Positions 18,240 through 27,875 of a stretch of 64,000 bases of DNA are shown here, piece after piece; the stretch's first letter is position 1; each line of letters begins with the position of its first letter. The DNA lies in the NCBI GenBank assembly GCA_963733295.1, contig CAVTCS010000003.1, positions 1,088,001-1,152,000 of the forward strand, written 5' to 3'. The position numbers and the translations under genes were made by a program. Source of the DNA: Vulcanimicrobiota bacterium. Its GTDB lineage: Bacteria; Vulcanimicrobiota; Vulcanimicrobiia; Vulcanimicrobiales; Vulcanimicrobiaceae. The notes beneath the pieces were generated by a model that saw nothing but the letters and a program-made list of their open reading frames with translations, was not told where the DNA came from and made no database searches.

Positions 18240-18895
18240 TGCTTCCGCTCTATGTCTTCGACTTGTATGGAACGTTGGTCGACTACAACTCTCTGAGGCC
18301 CGAAATCTACTTGGTGACGCCGAATGCGACGTCGCTCGTCGACTTGTGGCGTCTCAAACAGTTGCAATATTCGATGGTCTCGAGCATGATCGGCCGCTAC
18401 GTCGACTTCGACGAGTTGACCGCGCTCGCGTTCGACTACGCGGCGGCGCAATACGGCGTACATCTCGATGCCGAGACGCGCAGACGTTTGATCGACTCGT
18501 GGTCGGAACTGCCGCCGTATCCCGACGTCGTCCCGGCGCTCGGGAAGCTGCGCGAACGCGGGGCGAAGTTGGCGGTTCTCTCGAACGGAACGCCGCGAGC
18601 TTTGTCGCGAACCGTGGAGGCCGCCAAACTCGGCGCGAACTTCGACGCGCTGCTCTCGGTCGACGTGGTGCGCGCGTATAAGCCGCGGGCCGAGGTCTAC
18701 CATCTAGCGGTCGAGCGCTTTGGTCTCGGGCGTAGCGAAATCGGCTTCGTGTCTTCGAACGGTTGGGACGCCCTGGGAGCGGCGGAGTTCGGCTTTGAGG
18801 TCACGTGGTGTAATCGCAACCGCTTGCCGGCGGAGACGTTCGGGGCGCGCCCGGCCCGTACGATCGCGACGCTCGCGGAGCTGCTCGTCGACTGA
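18239..18895 (+). CDS. Haloacid dehalogenase type II
   Basis: FDLYGTL, WRLKQLQY, LSNG, YKP, VSSNGWDALGA. Confidence 0.9.
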   Translation: MLPLYVFDLYGTLVDYNSLRPEIYLVTPNATSLVDLWRLKQLQYSMVSSMIGRYVDFDELTALAFDYAAAQYGVHLDAETRRRLIDSWSELPPYPDVVPALGKLRERGAKLAVLSNGTPRALSRTVEAAKLGANFDALLSVDVVRAYKPRAEVYHLAVERFGLGRSEIGFVSSNGWDALGAAEFGFEVTWCNRNRLPAETFGARPARTIATLAELLVD

Positions 18896-18902
18896 GCGTC
18901 TC

Positions 18903-19622
18903 ATGAAACTCGCCGTGATCGGCGATCCTGTCGAGCACAGCCTGAGTCCCGCATTGCACCGGGGCTTTCTCGAAGCTGCCAATATGGCCGGCTCGTACCA
19001 CGCACTGCTCGTTCCCGCCGGTGAGGGCGCCGGTGCGATCGCGCACTTGCGCGCGCAAGGCTATCGCGGGCTCAACGTCACGACCCCGTTGAAGGAAGAA
19101 GCCTTTGCGGCGTGTGACCGATGCGACGAGTTCGCGCTAGCGAGCACTTCGGTCAACACGATCGTCTTCGAACCTTCCGAGACCGTCGGCTATAATACCG
19201 ATGGAATCGGCGCGCTCTCGGCGGTCGCCGGCGCGCTCGAACGGCCCAATGTCGACGGCGTGCGCATTCTCGTGCTCGGAGCCGGACCGGCCGCGCGCGC
19301 ATCGGTTGCGGCATTGATCCAAGGCGGCGCGTCGGTGCGCGTTTGGAATCGGACGGAGGCGCGCGCGCAGACGATCGTCGCGACGAGCGACGCGCGCCTG
19401 TGGCGTCCTGGCGAGGCGCTCGACGTGGTGTTCTCGACGCTGGCACCGCTAGCCAACCTCCCCGAACACGTCCAGAGCGTTTGTCGCGACGTCGCGCTGC
19501 TCGTCGACGCGAACTACGGCCCGCGCGCGACGCTCGGTGCTGCCCTCGGCCGCGAATCAATCGACGGCTACGGCATGTTGCGCGCCGGCGCGCGAGCCTC
19601 GTTCGCGCGTTTCACCGGGTAG
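18903..19622 (+). CDS. aroE: Shikimate dehydrogenase
   Basis: GDPVEHSLSP, NVTTPLKE, SVNT, NTDG, GAG. Confidence 0.9.
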   Translation: MKLAVIGDPVEHSLSPALHRGFLEAANMAGSYHALLVPAGEGAGAIAHLRAQGYRGLNVTTPLKEEAFAACDRCDEFALASTSVNTIVFEPSETVGYNTDGIGALSAVAGALERPNVDGVRILVLGAGPAARASVAALIQGGASVRVWNRTEARAQTIVATSDARLWRPGEALDVVFSTLAPLANLPEHVQSVCRDVALLVDANYGPRATLGAALGRESIDGYGMLRAGARASFARFTG

Positions 19623-19627
19623 CGGCT

Positions 19628-20017
19628 ATGGCGACCACGTATTTTCTCGCCCGGCTGATCGGCCCCATCTTATTCGTGGTTGGGGCCTCGGTGTTGTTCC
19701 AAAGAGCGGTGTTTCTTGCGGTTCTCAACGATCTCATCGGGAACCGCACGGCGTTGTTCATGACCGGTCTCGTCTTGTTGCTGCTCGGACTCTTCGTGGT
19801 GCTCGTCCACAACGTTTGGAATGCGGGCTTTCTGCCGCTCGTCATAACGCTGCTAGGATGGCTGCTCGTCCTTCGCGGACTGCTCTCAATGTTTGTTCCG
19901 GGCCACGAGATCGCGCGTTTGGTACGTGTGCTAAAGTTCGAAGAATTCTCGTGGCTCTACGGAAGCGCGATCGTCGTGCTGGCAGCCTACCTAACGTGGG
20001 CCGGCTTCAGCGGCTAA
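19628..20017 (+). CDS. Four-TM hypothetical membrane protein
   Basis: Four hydrophobic segments; HNVW...ITLLGW. Confidence 0.7.
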   Translation: MATTYFLARLIGPILFVVGASVLFQRAVFLAVLNDLIGNRTALFMTGLVLLLLGLFVVLVHNVWNAGFLPLVITLLGWLLVLRGLLSMFVPGHEIARLVRVLKFEEFSWLYGSAIVVLAAYLTWAGFSG

Positions 20018-20025
20018 GACCCGAG

Positions 20026-20115
20026 TGGCGGAGAGGGGGAGATTCGAACTCCCGAACGCTTTTAAACGTTGCTCGCTTTCCAAGCGAGTGCATTCGACCA
20101 CTCTGCCACCTCTCC
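20026..20115 (-). tRNA. tRNA-Ser(GGA)
   Basis: Cloverleaf GGAGAGG...CCTCTCC-G-CCA, anticodon arm CTCGC-TTGGAAA-GCGAG, long variable arm, GTTCGAATC. Confidence 0.96.
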
Positions 20116-20148
20116 GCGGGCCGGCGGGCGGAGTTCAAGACCCGGTGG

Positions 20149-20394
20149 TTAGAGACCCGCCGCGCCTAGGTCGGCGATGAAGCCTTGGACGCGCGGGTCG
20201 AGCCACCAGCGTTCCAGCGGCCCCAGCAGCGCGGGGTTTCCGCGCAACTGCGCGACGTGCTCGTTGATGCGCGCGGGGTCGGGGGACGGACCCGTGAGCT
20301 CGCCGCGGAGTGCATCGATCGCCGCGTGAGCTTCGGGCGCGTTGCCCGCGGCCGCCTTGAGATCGGCGTGCGGAAATTCCGGAAGGTCGCTCAT
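20149..20394 (-). CDS. Small hypothetical protein
   Basis: ATG with GAGGG RBS, 3 nt after the aldolase stop. Confidence 0.6.
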   Translation of the reverse strand: MSDLPEFPHADLKAAAGNAPEAHAAIDALRGELTGPSPDPARINEHVAQLRGNPALLGPLERWWLDPRVQGFIADLGAAGL

Positions 20395-20397
20395 CCC

Positions 20398-20982
20398 TCA
20401 GCGCTTCGCCGTACCCAGCAGCAATGCTGCAAGCTCGACGTGCGCCGTTTGCTCGGCGAGGTCGGTTCGCAGGAACGCGGTCTCGAGGTCGGCCGCGACG
20501 CTCGAGACACCGTGCCGCTCCATCAGCACCGTATCGGCCTGCGCGCCGAACGCCTCGGAGCAGCGAGCAGCAAGCTCTTGCGAGCCGGGCTTGGCGAAAG
20601 CGGTGAACGCGATCGATCCGAGCGACTCGGTCGCTCCGACCGTGTCGAGCGGGAAAAGGCGGCCGAGTTTCGACCAGGCCACGCAATAGGTCGGATGCGT
20701 GTGCACGACGCAGCGAACGTCCGGCCGGGCGCGGTACGCCGCGAGGTGCAGGGGCAACTCACTCGTAGCGCGCTGCGCCGGATCGAACGGCGTCCCGTCT
20801 ATGGAGACGCGCACGAGCGATTCCGGTTCGAGCGCGCGCAACGAACGCGTCGTGGGCGTGACGACGATCGTCCCATCGCCGAGCCGGACGCTTACGTTCC
20901 CGCTCGAACCGAAGACGAGCCGGCGTTCCCAAAGCAAAGCGGAATAGCGCACGATCTCGGCGCGCGCTTGCGCTTCAGTCAC
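20398..20982 (-). CDS. Class II aldolase/adducin family protein
   Basis: GNVSVR, TP, SELPLH, VVHTH, ERHGV. Confidence 0.88.
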   Translation of the reverse strand: MTEAQARAEIVRYSALLWERRLVFGSSGNVSVRLGDGTIVVTPTTRSLRALEPESLVRVSIDGTPFDPAQRATSELPLHLAAYRARPDVRCVVHTHPTYCVAWSKLGRLFPLDTVGATESLGSIAFTAFAKPGSQELAARCSEAFGAQADTVLMERHGVSSVAADLETAFLRTDLAEQTAHVELAALLLGTAKR

Positions 20983-20994
20983 GCCTACAGGCCC

Positions 20995-21882
20995 CTAAAT
21001 CGCCGAAGGGTGCCAGATCGTTTTCGTTTCGGTAAAGGCCGCGATGTTAGCGAGGTCTTGCGCCTCGGTCGAGAACCATTCGGCCGGCGAAGGCGCTGCG
21101 ATCATGCGACAGCGTTTGAGGTTGTCGGCCGCGAGCCGTTCGAGTTCCGCCGCGAAGGGAAGGTCGAGCGAGAACGCTTCGAGCGCGTTCACGTCCATGT
21201 GCCGCGCGAGGTGGGGCGCGATCTCGATGCGCCTGCCGGTGAGCACGTTCGCGGCGCCGGCGGGAATGTCGCAAGTGGCTAAGCACTCGGCGAACAGGAT
21301 CGCGCTGCGCGGCTCGCTTTCCGAGCCGAGAAGGACGATCGTGTTGCCCGAAACGAGCGGCGGCAGTGCGGCCGAAACGAGACCGAGCAACGCCGGCTCG
21401 TCGGGAGCCAAGACGCCGACGACGCCCATCGGCTCGGGCGTTGAGTAACTATAGTAGGGGCCTGCAACCGGATTGCGCGACGAGAGCAGCGCCACGTACT
21501 TGTCGCACCAACCGGCGTACCAGAGCACGCGGTCGATCGCCGTGGTGGTTTCACGCACGGCCTGCGCTTCGTCCAGTTTCATGCCGAGGCGCAGGCGTTC
21601 GACGAATTGCGCCCGGCGCGAGTCCATCATTTCCGCTAGCCGGTAGAGCACCAGGCCGCGGTTCATCGCGCTGGCCCCGGACCAGCGTGGAAAGGCGATG
21701 CGCGCGGCGACGACCGCGTCGCGGAGATCCTTGCGCGAGGCGCGCGCGATGTTGGCGGAGTCGTCGCTTCCTGCACCCGCGACCTCGCTCAGGCCCGACT
21801 CGGAGCGCACGAATTCGCCGTTGATGTACAGTTTGTAGGTCTTGCGAACGTCGAGGCGAAGCGGCTCGCCTTTCTTCGGCAC
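20995..21882 (-). CDS. Short aldehyde dehydrogenase-family protein (no catalytic domain seen)
   Basis: RKTYKLYINGEFVRSESG, EPMGVV, ETKTIWHP; no ELGG or catalytic-Cys segment. Confidence 0.85.
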   Translation of the reverse strand: MPKKGEPLRLDVRKTYKLYINGEFVRSESGLSEVAGAGSDDSANIARASRKDLRDAVVAARIAFPRWSGASAMNRGLVLYRLAEMMDSRRAQFVERLRLGMKLDEAQAVRETTTAIDRVLWYAGWCDKYVALLSSRNPVAGPYYSYSTPEPMGVVGVLAPDEPALLGLVSAALPPLVSGNTIVLLGSESEPRSAILFAECLATCDIPAGAANVLTGRRIEIAPHLARHMDVNALEAFSLDLPFAAELERLAADNLKRCRMIAAPSPAEWFSTEAQDLANIAAFTETKTIWHPSAI

Positions 21883-21966
21883 GTCGGCTGCCTACGTCGA
21901 GCCGGGAGTCCGGCCCTCTTGCGAACTCCAAGCGGCGCTCGTACGCCGGCAGCGAAGAGTCGCCCG

Positions 21967-24069
21967 ATGCAAGCGGGACGCATTCGCGTCGGAATCGACG
22001 TCGGCGGCACGTTCACGGACCTCGTGGCGCTCGACGAGCGCACGGGCGCGCTGTTCCGCAGCAAAGTTCCCTCGACTCCGCGGGAACCCGAGGTCGCCGT
22101 CGTTGCCGCACTGCAACTCTTGCTGCGCGAGGCGGCTCCGAGCGATGTGGCCTTTCTGTCGCACTCGAGCACGATCGCGACGAACGCGCTGCTCGGCCAG
22201 ATCAACCTCGAGCTTCCCCGGACGCTGTTGCTGACGACCGAGGGCTTTCGCGACGTGCTCGAGATCGGACGGCAGAATCGCAGCGAGGTCTACAACCTGT
22301 TCGTGCAACGCCCGAAACCGCTCGTCGAACGGCGCTTTCGCCTCGGGGTGCGCGAGCGGATGGATCCGTTCGGGAACGTCGTGGTGCCGCTCGATGCGGC
22401 CTCACTCGCGAAAGCGCTCGACGCGGTTGCGCTGAGCGAGGCTCGCGCGCTCGCGGTTTCGTTCTTGCACAGCTACGCGAATCCGGCGCACGAGCGGAGC
22501 GCCCGCGACGCGCTTCGCGAGCGTTTTCCGGAACTGCCGGTCGTGCTCTCGAGCGACGCCGATCCGGAGTATCGCGAGTACGAACGGACGAGTACGACGG
22601 TCGTGAATGCCGTACTCGGCCCGCTCGTGCGCGGCTACCTCGAACGTTTGGCCGAGCGCGCACGCGAACTCGGAGTCGACGCGAAATTTTACGTCATGCA
22701 GTCGAACGGAGGCATGGCCTCGCTCGAAGCTGCGGCAGCGCGTCCTGCCACGATGGTCGAGAGCGGTCCCGCATCGGGCGTCATCGGGGCCGCGCACCTC
22801 GGCCGCGTTCTCGGGCTCGAGAACGTTCTGTCGTTCGACATGGGCGGAACGACCGCGAAAGCCGGCACGATCGTCGGCGGCAATCCCCGCGTCGCCGCTG
22901 AATTCGAGGCCGCCGGACGGACGCACTCCGGACGCGCCGTCAAAGGCTCCGGCTATCCGGTGCGCTTTCCGTTCATCGATCTGGCCGAAGTCAGTGCGGG
23001 GGGCGGGACGATTGCTTTCGTCGACGCCGGCGGCGCACTGCACGTCGGACCACTCTCGGCGGGCGCCGATCCCGGGCCGGCGGCTTACGGCCGCGGGATC
23101 CAGCCGACGGTGACCGACGCGAACCTCGTACTGGGAAGACTCAACCAGCACGCTTTGCTCGGCGGCGCGATGCCGATCGACGTGTCGCGTTCGCGCGCGG
23201 CGCTCGAAGCGCTCTTGCCGATGCTTCCCGAACTCGACCTCGACCGGTTGGCGGCCGGGATCGTGCACCTGGCCGATCTTGAAATGGCGAAAGTGTTGCG
23301 CATCGTGACCGTCGAGCGAGGTTTCGATCCGCGCGATTTTACCCTTATGGCCTTCGGCGGTAGCGGTCCGCTGCACGGCTGCGCGGTTGCGAGCGAACTC
23401 GGCATCCGGCGCATCGTGATTCCGCCCGACCCTGGACTTTTTTCCGCGCTAGGTTTGCTCGTCGCCGACCTTCGGATCAGCGGCGTGCGCTCGATCCTTG
23501 CCGATGCGGCCCAAATCGAGGCCGGCGCGATCGAGGCGGCTTTCTTAGAGCTCGAACTGCACGCCGGCGGCGACCTGGCGCGGCAGGGCGTCGCGCAGGA
23601 CGCGGTTGCGTTCGCGCGCGATCTCGAGATGCGCTACGCCGGCCAGAGTTTCGAATTGACGATCGCGGCCGAGTCGCCGTTCGACGAACGAGCGAAGCGC
23701 GCGGCCGTGGAGCGTTTCCACGCGAACCATGCGCGCACGTACGGGTACTCGTCGCCGGAAGAGCCGGTCGAGATCGTCGCCGGGCGCAGTACCGCGACCG
23801 GCGCGGTCGTCAAGCCGTCGCCGGCGCAGCTGCCGGCCGCCGAGAGAGGCGCTCTCGAGCGCGCGACCCTCGAACGCCGCGACGTCGCGCTCTCGGGTTC
23901 GTCGCGCACGCAGGTACCGGTCTACGCGCGCGCCATGCTGCGCGCCGGCGACGCGTTTTCCGGACCGGCGCTCGTCGAACAGTACGATTCGTGCAGTTAC
24001 GTCGCGCCCGGGTTCGAGGCGCGGGTCGACGCGTTCGGCAACCTCTTGCTGGAGCGCAAAGATGATTGA
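21967..24069 (+). CDS. hyuA: Hydantoinase A/5-oxoprolinase family subunit
   Basis: GIDVGGTFTD, ESGPA, DMGGTT, SAGADPGP. Confidence 0.9.
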   Translation: MQAGRIRVGIDVGGTFTDLVALDERTGALFRSKVPSTPREPEVAVVAALQLLLREAAPSDVAFLSHSSTIATNALLGQINLELPRTLLLTTEGFRDVLEIGRQNRSEVYNLFVQRPKPLVERRFRLGVRERMDPFGNVVVPLDAASLAKALDAVALSEARALAVSFLHSYANPAHERSARDALRERFPELPVVLSSDADPEYREYERTSTTVVNAVLGPLVRGYLERLAERARELGVDAKFYVMQSNGGMASLEAAAARPATMVESGPASGVIGAAHLGRVLGLENVLSFDMGGTTAKAGTIVGGNPRVAAEFEAAGRTHSGRAVKGSGYPVRFPFIDLAEVSAGGGTIAFVDAGGALHVGPLSAGADPGPAAYGRGIQPTVTDANLVLGRLNQHALLGGAMPIDVSRSRAALEALLPMLPELDLDRLAAGIVHLADLEMAKVLRIVTVERGFDPRDFTLMAFGGSGPLHGCAVASELGIRRIVIPPDPGLFSALGLLVADLRISGVRSILADAAQIEAGAIEAAFLELELHAGGDLARQGVAQDAVAFARDLEMRYAGQSFELTIAAESPFDERAKRAAVERFHANHARTYGYSSPEEPVEIVAGRSTATGAVVKPSPAQLPAAERGALERATLERRDVALSGSSRTQVPVYARAMLRAGDAFSGPALVEQYDSCSYVAPGFEARVDAFGNLLLERKDD

Positions 24070-25717
24070 CGCGATCGCGACGGAGGTCATTCGCAGCTCG
24101 CTGATCTACGCGAGCGAAGAGATGGGGATCGCGGTCCGCAACGCCGCCTATTCGCCGAACATCAAGGAACGCTTGGATCACTCGTGCGCGCTCTTCGACC
24201 GTTTCGGACGATTGATCGCGCAGGCCGAACACATCCCGGTGCACCTCGGCTCGCTGCCTTGGGGTTTACGGGAGACGCTCGGGGTTCTGGCGGCTCGCGG
24301 CACGCAAATCGCGCCGGGAGAGATGTGGGTCGTCAACGATCCGTACGTCTCCGGAACGCATCTCAACGACATCACGCTGATCCGGCCGATCTTCGTGCGA
24401 GCGAAGGACGCGCAGCGGCACGTCGGATTCGCCGCCAACAAAGCGCACCACACCGACGTCGGGGGCAGCGTTCCCGGTTCGATGTCGGCCGACGCGCGCG
24501 AGCTGTGTCAGGAGGGCCTCGTCATTTCGCCGCTGCGCTTGATGCGCGATGACCGGGTCTCGAGCGAGGTCGTCGACTTGATCCGTGCCAACTCGCGCAC
24601 GCCCGCTGCGCGCAGCGGAGATTTGAAGGCTCAAGTCGCAGGGAACGTTACCGGCGAGCGGCGCGTCCTCGAACTGATCGAGCGTTATGGAATCGATGGC
24701 TTCGAGGGAGCCGTCGAACGTATTCTGGACGAAAGCGAGCGTCGTCTGCGAGCCGCGCTGCGCGCCCTCGGCGAACGGCACGTTCGCGTCGAAGACGTGC
24801 TGGAACCGCCGGACGGCGGCGATTTGCTGCACCTCGTCGCGACGGTGAACCTGCGCGACGGCGCGATCGAAATCGACTACGAGGGGACGAGCGCTCAGGT
24901 TCCTTACCCGCTCAACGCCGTTTTCGGCGTCACGCTTTCGGGCGTTCACTACGTCATTCGCGCCGCGACCGATCCGGAGATTCCGATGAACGAGGGCTGC
25001 TTTCGCCCGGTCGAGGTGCGCGCGCCGCTGGGCACGCTCCTGAACCCGCGCCGGCCGGCACCCGTCGCGGGTGGCAACGTGGAAACTTCGCAGCGCAACG
25101 CCGACCTGATGCTGCGCGCGTTCGCGGCGATCGCACCGGGCCGCATCCCCGCGCTCTCGAGCGGAACGATGTCGAACGTCATGGCCGGCGGCACCGCCGC
25201 CGACGGGAGCGCGTGGGCCTTCTACGAGACGAACGGCGGCGGCATGGGGGCGCGTCCGAACGCCGACGGTATCGACGGCATTCACACCCACATGACCAAC
25301 ACGCTCAACACGCCGATCGAAGCGATCGAGCGCTATTTCCCGATCAGGCTCACCAAATACGAGTTCGCACCGGGAACCGGCGGCGAGGGCGAGTTCCGTG
25401 GAGGTTGCGGGCTCGTGCGAAGCTTCACGCTGCTCGAAGGGAGCTGCACCGTTTCGCTCTTAGCCGAGCGCCAGCGCGTCGCTCCCGCCGGTGCAGCGGG
25501 TGGTTCCGGCGGCGCGTGCGGCCGCCACCGCTTGCGCGCGGCCGACGGCAGCCTGCGCACGTTGCCGGCGAAGGGCAGCCTCGAGCTCGCGCCGGGCGAC
25601 GAGCTGATCGTTCAAACCCCGGGCGGCGGCGGCTTCGGCGACCCGGCCAAACGGCCCAGCGCCGCGCGCCGGCGCGACGAAGAGAACGGCTTGCTTCGGC
25701 CAAAGGAAGACGCATGA
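24062..25717 (+). CDS. hyuB: Hydantoinase B/oxoprolinase family subunit
   Basis: SPNIKERLDHS, HIPVHLGS, NDPY..GTHLND, TPGGGGFG; ATGATTGA overlap. Confidence 0.9.
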   Translation: MIDAIATEVIRSSLIYASEEMGIAVRNAAYSPNIKERLDHSCALFDRFGRLIAQAEHIPVHLGSLPWGLRETLGVLAARGTQIAPGEMWVVNDPYVSGTHLNDITLIRPIFVRAKDAQRHVGFAANKAHHTDVGGSVPGSMSADARELCQEGLVISPLRLMRDDRVSSEVVDLIRANSRTPAARSGDLKAQVAGNVTGERRVLELIERYGIDGFEGAVERILDESERRLRAALRALGERHVRVEDVLEPPDGGDLLHLVATVNLRDGAIEIDYEGTSAQVPYPLNAVFGVTLSGVHYVIRAATDPEIPMNEGCFRPVEVRAPLGTLLNPRRPAPVAGGNVETSQRNADLMLRAFAAIAPGRIPALSSGTMSNVMAGGTAADGSAWAFYETNGGGMGARPNADGIDGIHTHMTNTLNTPIEAIERYFPIRLTKYEFAPGTGGEGEFRGGCGLVRSFTLLEGSCTVSLLAERQRVAPAGAAGGSGGACGRHRLRAADGSLRTLPAKGSLELAPGDELIVQTPGGGGFGDPAKRPSAARRRDEENGLLRPKEDA

Positions 25718-26991
25718 AGAAGATTGCTGTCGCGTTTCTCACGACGCTCGTCCTCGCCGTGCAGAGCACGGTGTCACCCGTTCCGGCCGCCGCGGATGCC
25801 CCGGACGTCGTAGTCGGAGCGATCCTGCCGTTGACCGGTTCGCTCGCGCCCACCGGGCAGCGCTTGCGGCAAGGGATCGAGCTCGCCGCCGATTTGGTGA
25901 ACGGCGGGGCCAACCTGCACTATCCTCTGCCGATGACCGGGACCAGCGGGTTTCCGAATCTGGGCCATGCTAAACTGCGCGTCGTTTTCGCGGACTCGCA
26001 AGGCAAACCCGATCAAGCCAAGACCGTCGCCGAGGATCTCATCAACCGCGAGCACGTCGTCGCCTTGATCGGCTGTTACGCGAGCGGCCTCACCGCGACC
26101 GCGAGCCAAGTCGCCGAACGCGACGGCATCCCGTTTCTGAATCCCGACTCGACGAGTCCTACGTTGATCGCCCGCGGCTTCAAATGGTTCTTCCGCACGA
26201 CCCCCGACGATGCGACCTTCTCGCAGAACTTCTTCGATTTCTTGCACGACCTGCACGCTCAGAACGGCAAGATCGATCCGAGGAAGATCGGTCTCGTCAG
26301 CGAGGATACGCTGTTCGGGAAAGGCGCCGAGACGACCGAAGCCGCCGATGCCGCGAAGGCCGGCATGCAGGTCGTCGCCGATCTGACCTATCCGCAGGGC
26401 ACGAGCGAAGCGGAGTCCGAGGTACAGCGTCTGAAGGCCTCGAGTCCCGACATCGTGATCGTGGCCTCGCTCATCGGCGACGCGATCCTCTTCATGAAAA
26501 CGTTCAAAGCGCAAAATTTCTTGCCGCAGGCTATTTTGGCGCAGGACGCGGGGTTCGTCGATCCGACGCTGATCAAGACCATCGGCAAAGACGCCGACGG
26601 CGTCTTGAGCCGTGAAGTCTGGTCGCTCAATTTGAAGATTCCGAACCAGGGAGCGCCGCTGGTCAACCAACTCTTCAAGGCGCGTTACGGAACGAACATG
26701 GACGGAAACGTCGCGCGCGACTTCATGGGCATGCTGGTGCTGGCCGATGCGATCGAGCGCGCGAAGTCGACGCAACCCGAAGCGATCCGAAGCGCGCTCG
26801 CCGCGACGAACATCCCGGGAAACCGGACGATCATGCCCTGGGTCGGCATCAAGTTCGATGCGCGCGGCCAAAACATCGAAGGTAGCGGCATCGTCGTCCA
26901 GATTCAAAACGGCGAGTATCAGACGGTTTGGCCCGCGAAGTTCGCGACGAGGCCGGTCGTCTGGCCGTTGCCGGCCTGGTCTTCGCGCTGA
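25714..26991 (+). CDS. Liv-type ABC transporter substrate-binding protein
   Basis: Signal peptide, GAILPLTG, FFRTTPDD. Confidence 0.9.
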   Translation: MKKIAVAFLTTLVLAVQSTVSPVPAAADAPDVVVGAILPLTGSLAPTGQRLRQGIELAADLVNGGANLHYPLPMTGTSGFPNLGHAKLRVVFADSQGKPDQAKTVAEDLINREHVVALIGCYASGLTATASQVAERDGIPFLNPDSTSPTLIARGFKWFFRTTPDDATFSQNFFDFLHDLHAQNGKIDPRKIGLVSEDTLFGKGAETTEAADAAKAGMQVVADLTYPQGTSEAESEVQRLKASSPDIVIVASLIGDAILFMKTFKAQNFLPQAILAQDAGFVDPTLIKTIGKDADGVLSREVWSLNLKIPNQGAPLVNQLFKARYGTNMDGNVARDFMGMLVLADAIERAKSTQPEAIRSALAATNIPGNRTIMPWVGIKFDARGQNIEGSGIVVQIQNGEYQTVWPAKFATRPVVWPLPAWSSR

Positions 26992-27875
26992 CCGAACCGC
27001 TCGCACTCGACGCCGCCTGGAGTTTTCTCCCGCAACTGATCGTCAGCGGCATCCTGAGCGGGCTCGTTTTCGCGCTCATCGCGATCGGACTGACGCTCGT
27101 CTACGGCGTCATGGAGATCGTCAATTTCGCGCACGGCGAGTTTTTGATGCTCGCGATGTACGCGTCGCTGGGTTTGGCGGCACTCGGTCTCGGACCGGTA
27201 CTCGGTCTGCCGCTCGTCGCGCTCGGAATGTTCTTTTTCGGCTTCGTCCTTTACCGGATCTACATCCGTCGGCTCCTGACCGGGCCGCCCGAAGCGCAAA
27301 TCTTCGGAACGTTCGGGTTGCTCGTGCTCTTGCAAGGCCTCGCGCAATTCGCATTTTCGAGCGATTATCGCGGGATTCCCAATCCGCCGTTCTCGGCGAG
27401 CATCCACCTCGGCTCCATTGCGCTGGGCGGCCCGCAGGTCGTCGCCGCGGTTGGTGCCATCGTCATCACCGCGCTGCTCGTCGCGTTCATCGAGTTCAGC
27501 GAAACGGGACGCGCCTTGCGCGCCTTGGCCGAAGACCGCATGGCGGCGACGCTGATGGGCATCGACGTGGAACGGATGAATGCGTTCGCCTTCGGGTTGG
27601 GCGCGGCGTGCGCGGGTGCGGCGGGCGCGCTCCTGATGTTGTACTATCAGGTCCATCCGCGCGTCGGCGCCGAGTTCGCGCTGACCGCTTTCGTCGTCGT
27701 AGCGCTGGGCGGTTTCGGCAGCGTGCGCGGCGCGCTGCTCGCCGCCGTGCTCGTGGGTCTCGTCGAAGTTTTGTCCGGTTTCTATCTGTCGCCCGCGGTG
27801 AAGATGATCCCGGTCTACGCGCTGTACCTCATCGTGGTGCTCCTGCGGCCGCAAGGGCTGCTCGGACGGCGATGA
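26988..27875 (+). CDS. livH: Liv-type ABC permease (LivH-like); start uncertain, probably CTG at 26988
   Basis: GLTLVYGV..VNFAHGE, GRALRA, VVALGGFGS. Confidence 0.88.
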   Translation: MTEPLALDAAWSFLPQLIVSGILSGLVFALIAIGLTLVYGVMEIVNFAHGEFLMLAMYASLGLAALGLGPVLGLPLVALGMFFFGFVLYRIYIRRLLTGPPEAQIFGTFGLLVLLQGLAQFAFSSDYRGIPNPPFSASIHLGSIALGGPQVVAAVGAIVITALLVAFIEFSETGRALRALAEDRMAATLMGIDVERMNAFAFGLGAACAGAAGALLMLYYQVHPRVGAEFALTAFVVVALGGFGSVRGALLAAVLVGLVEVLSGFYLSPAVKMIPVYALYLIVVLLRPQGLLGRR

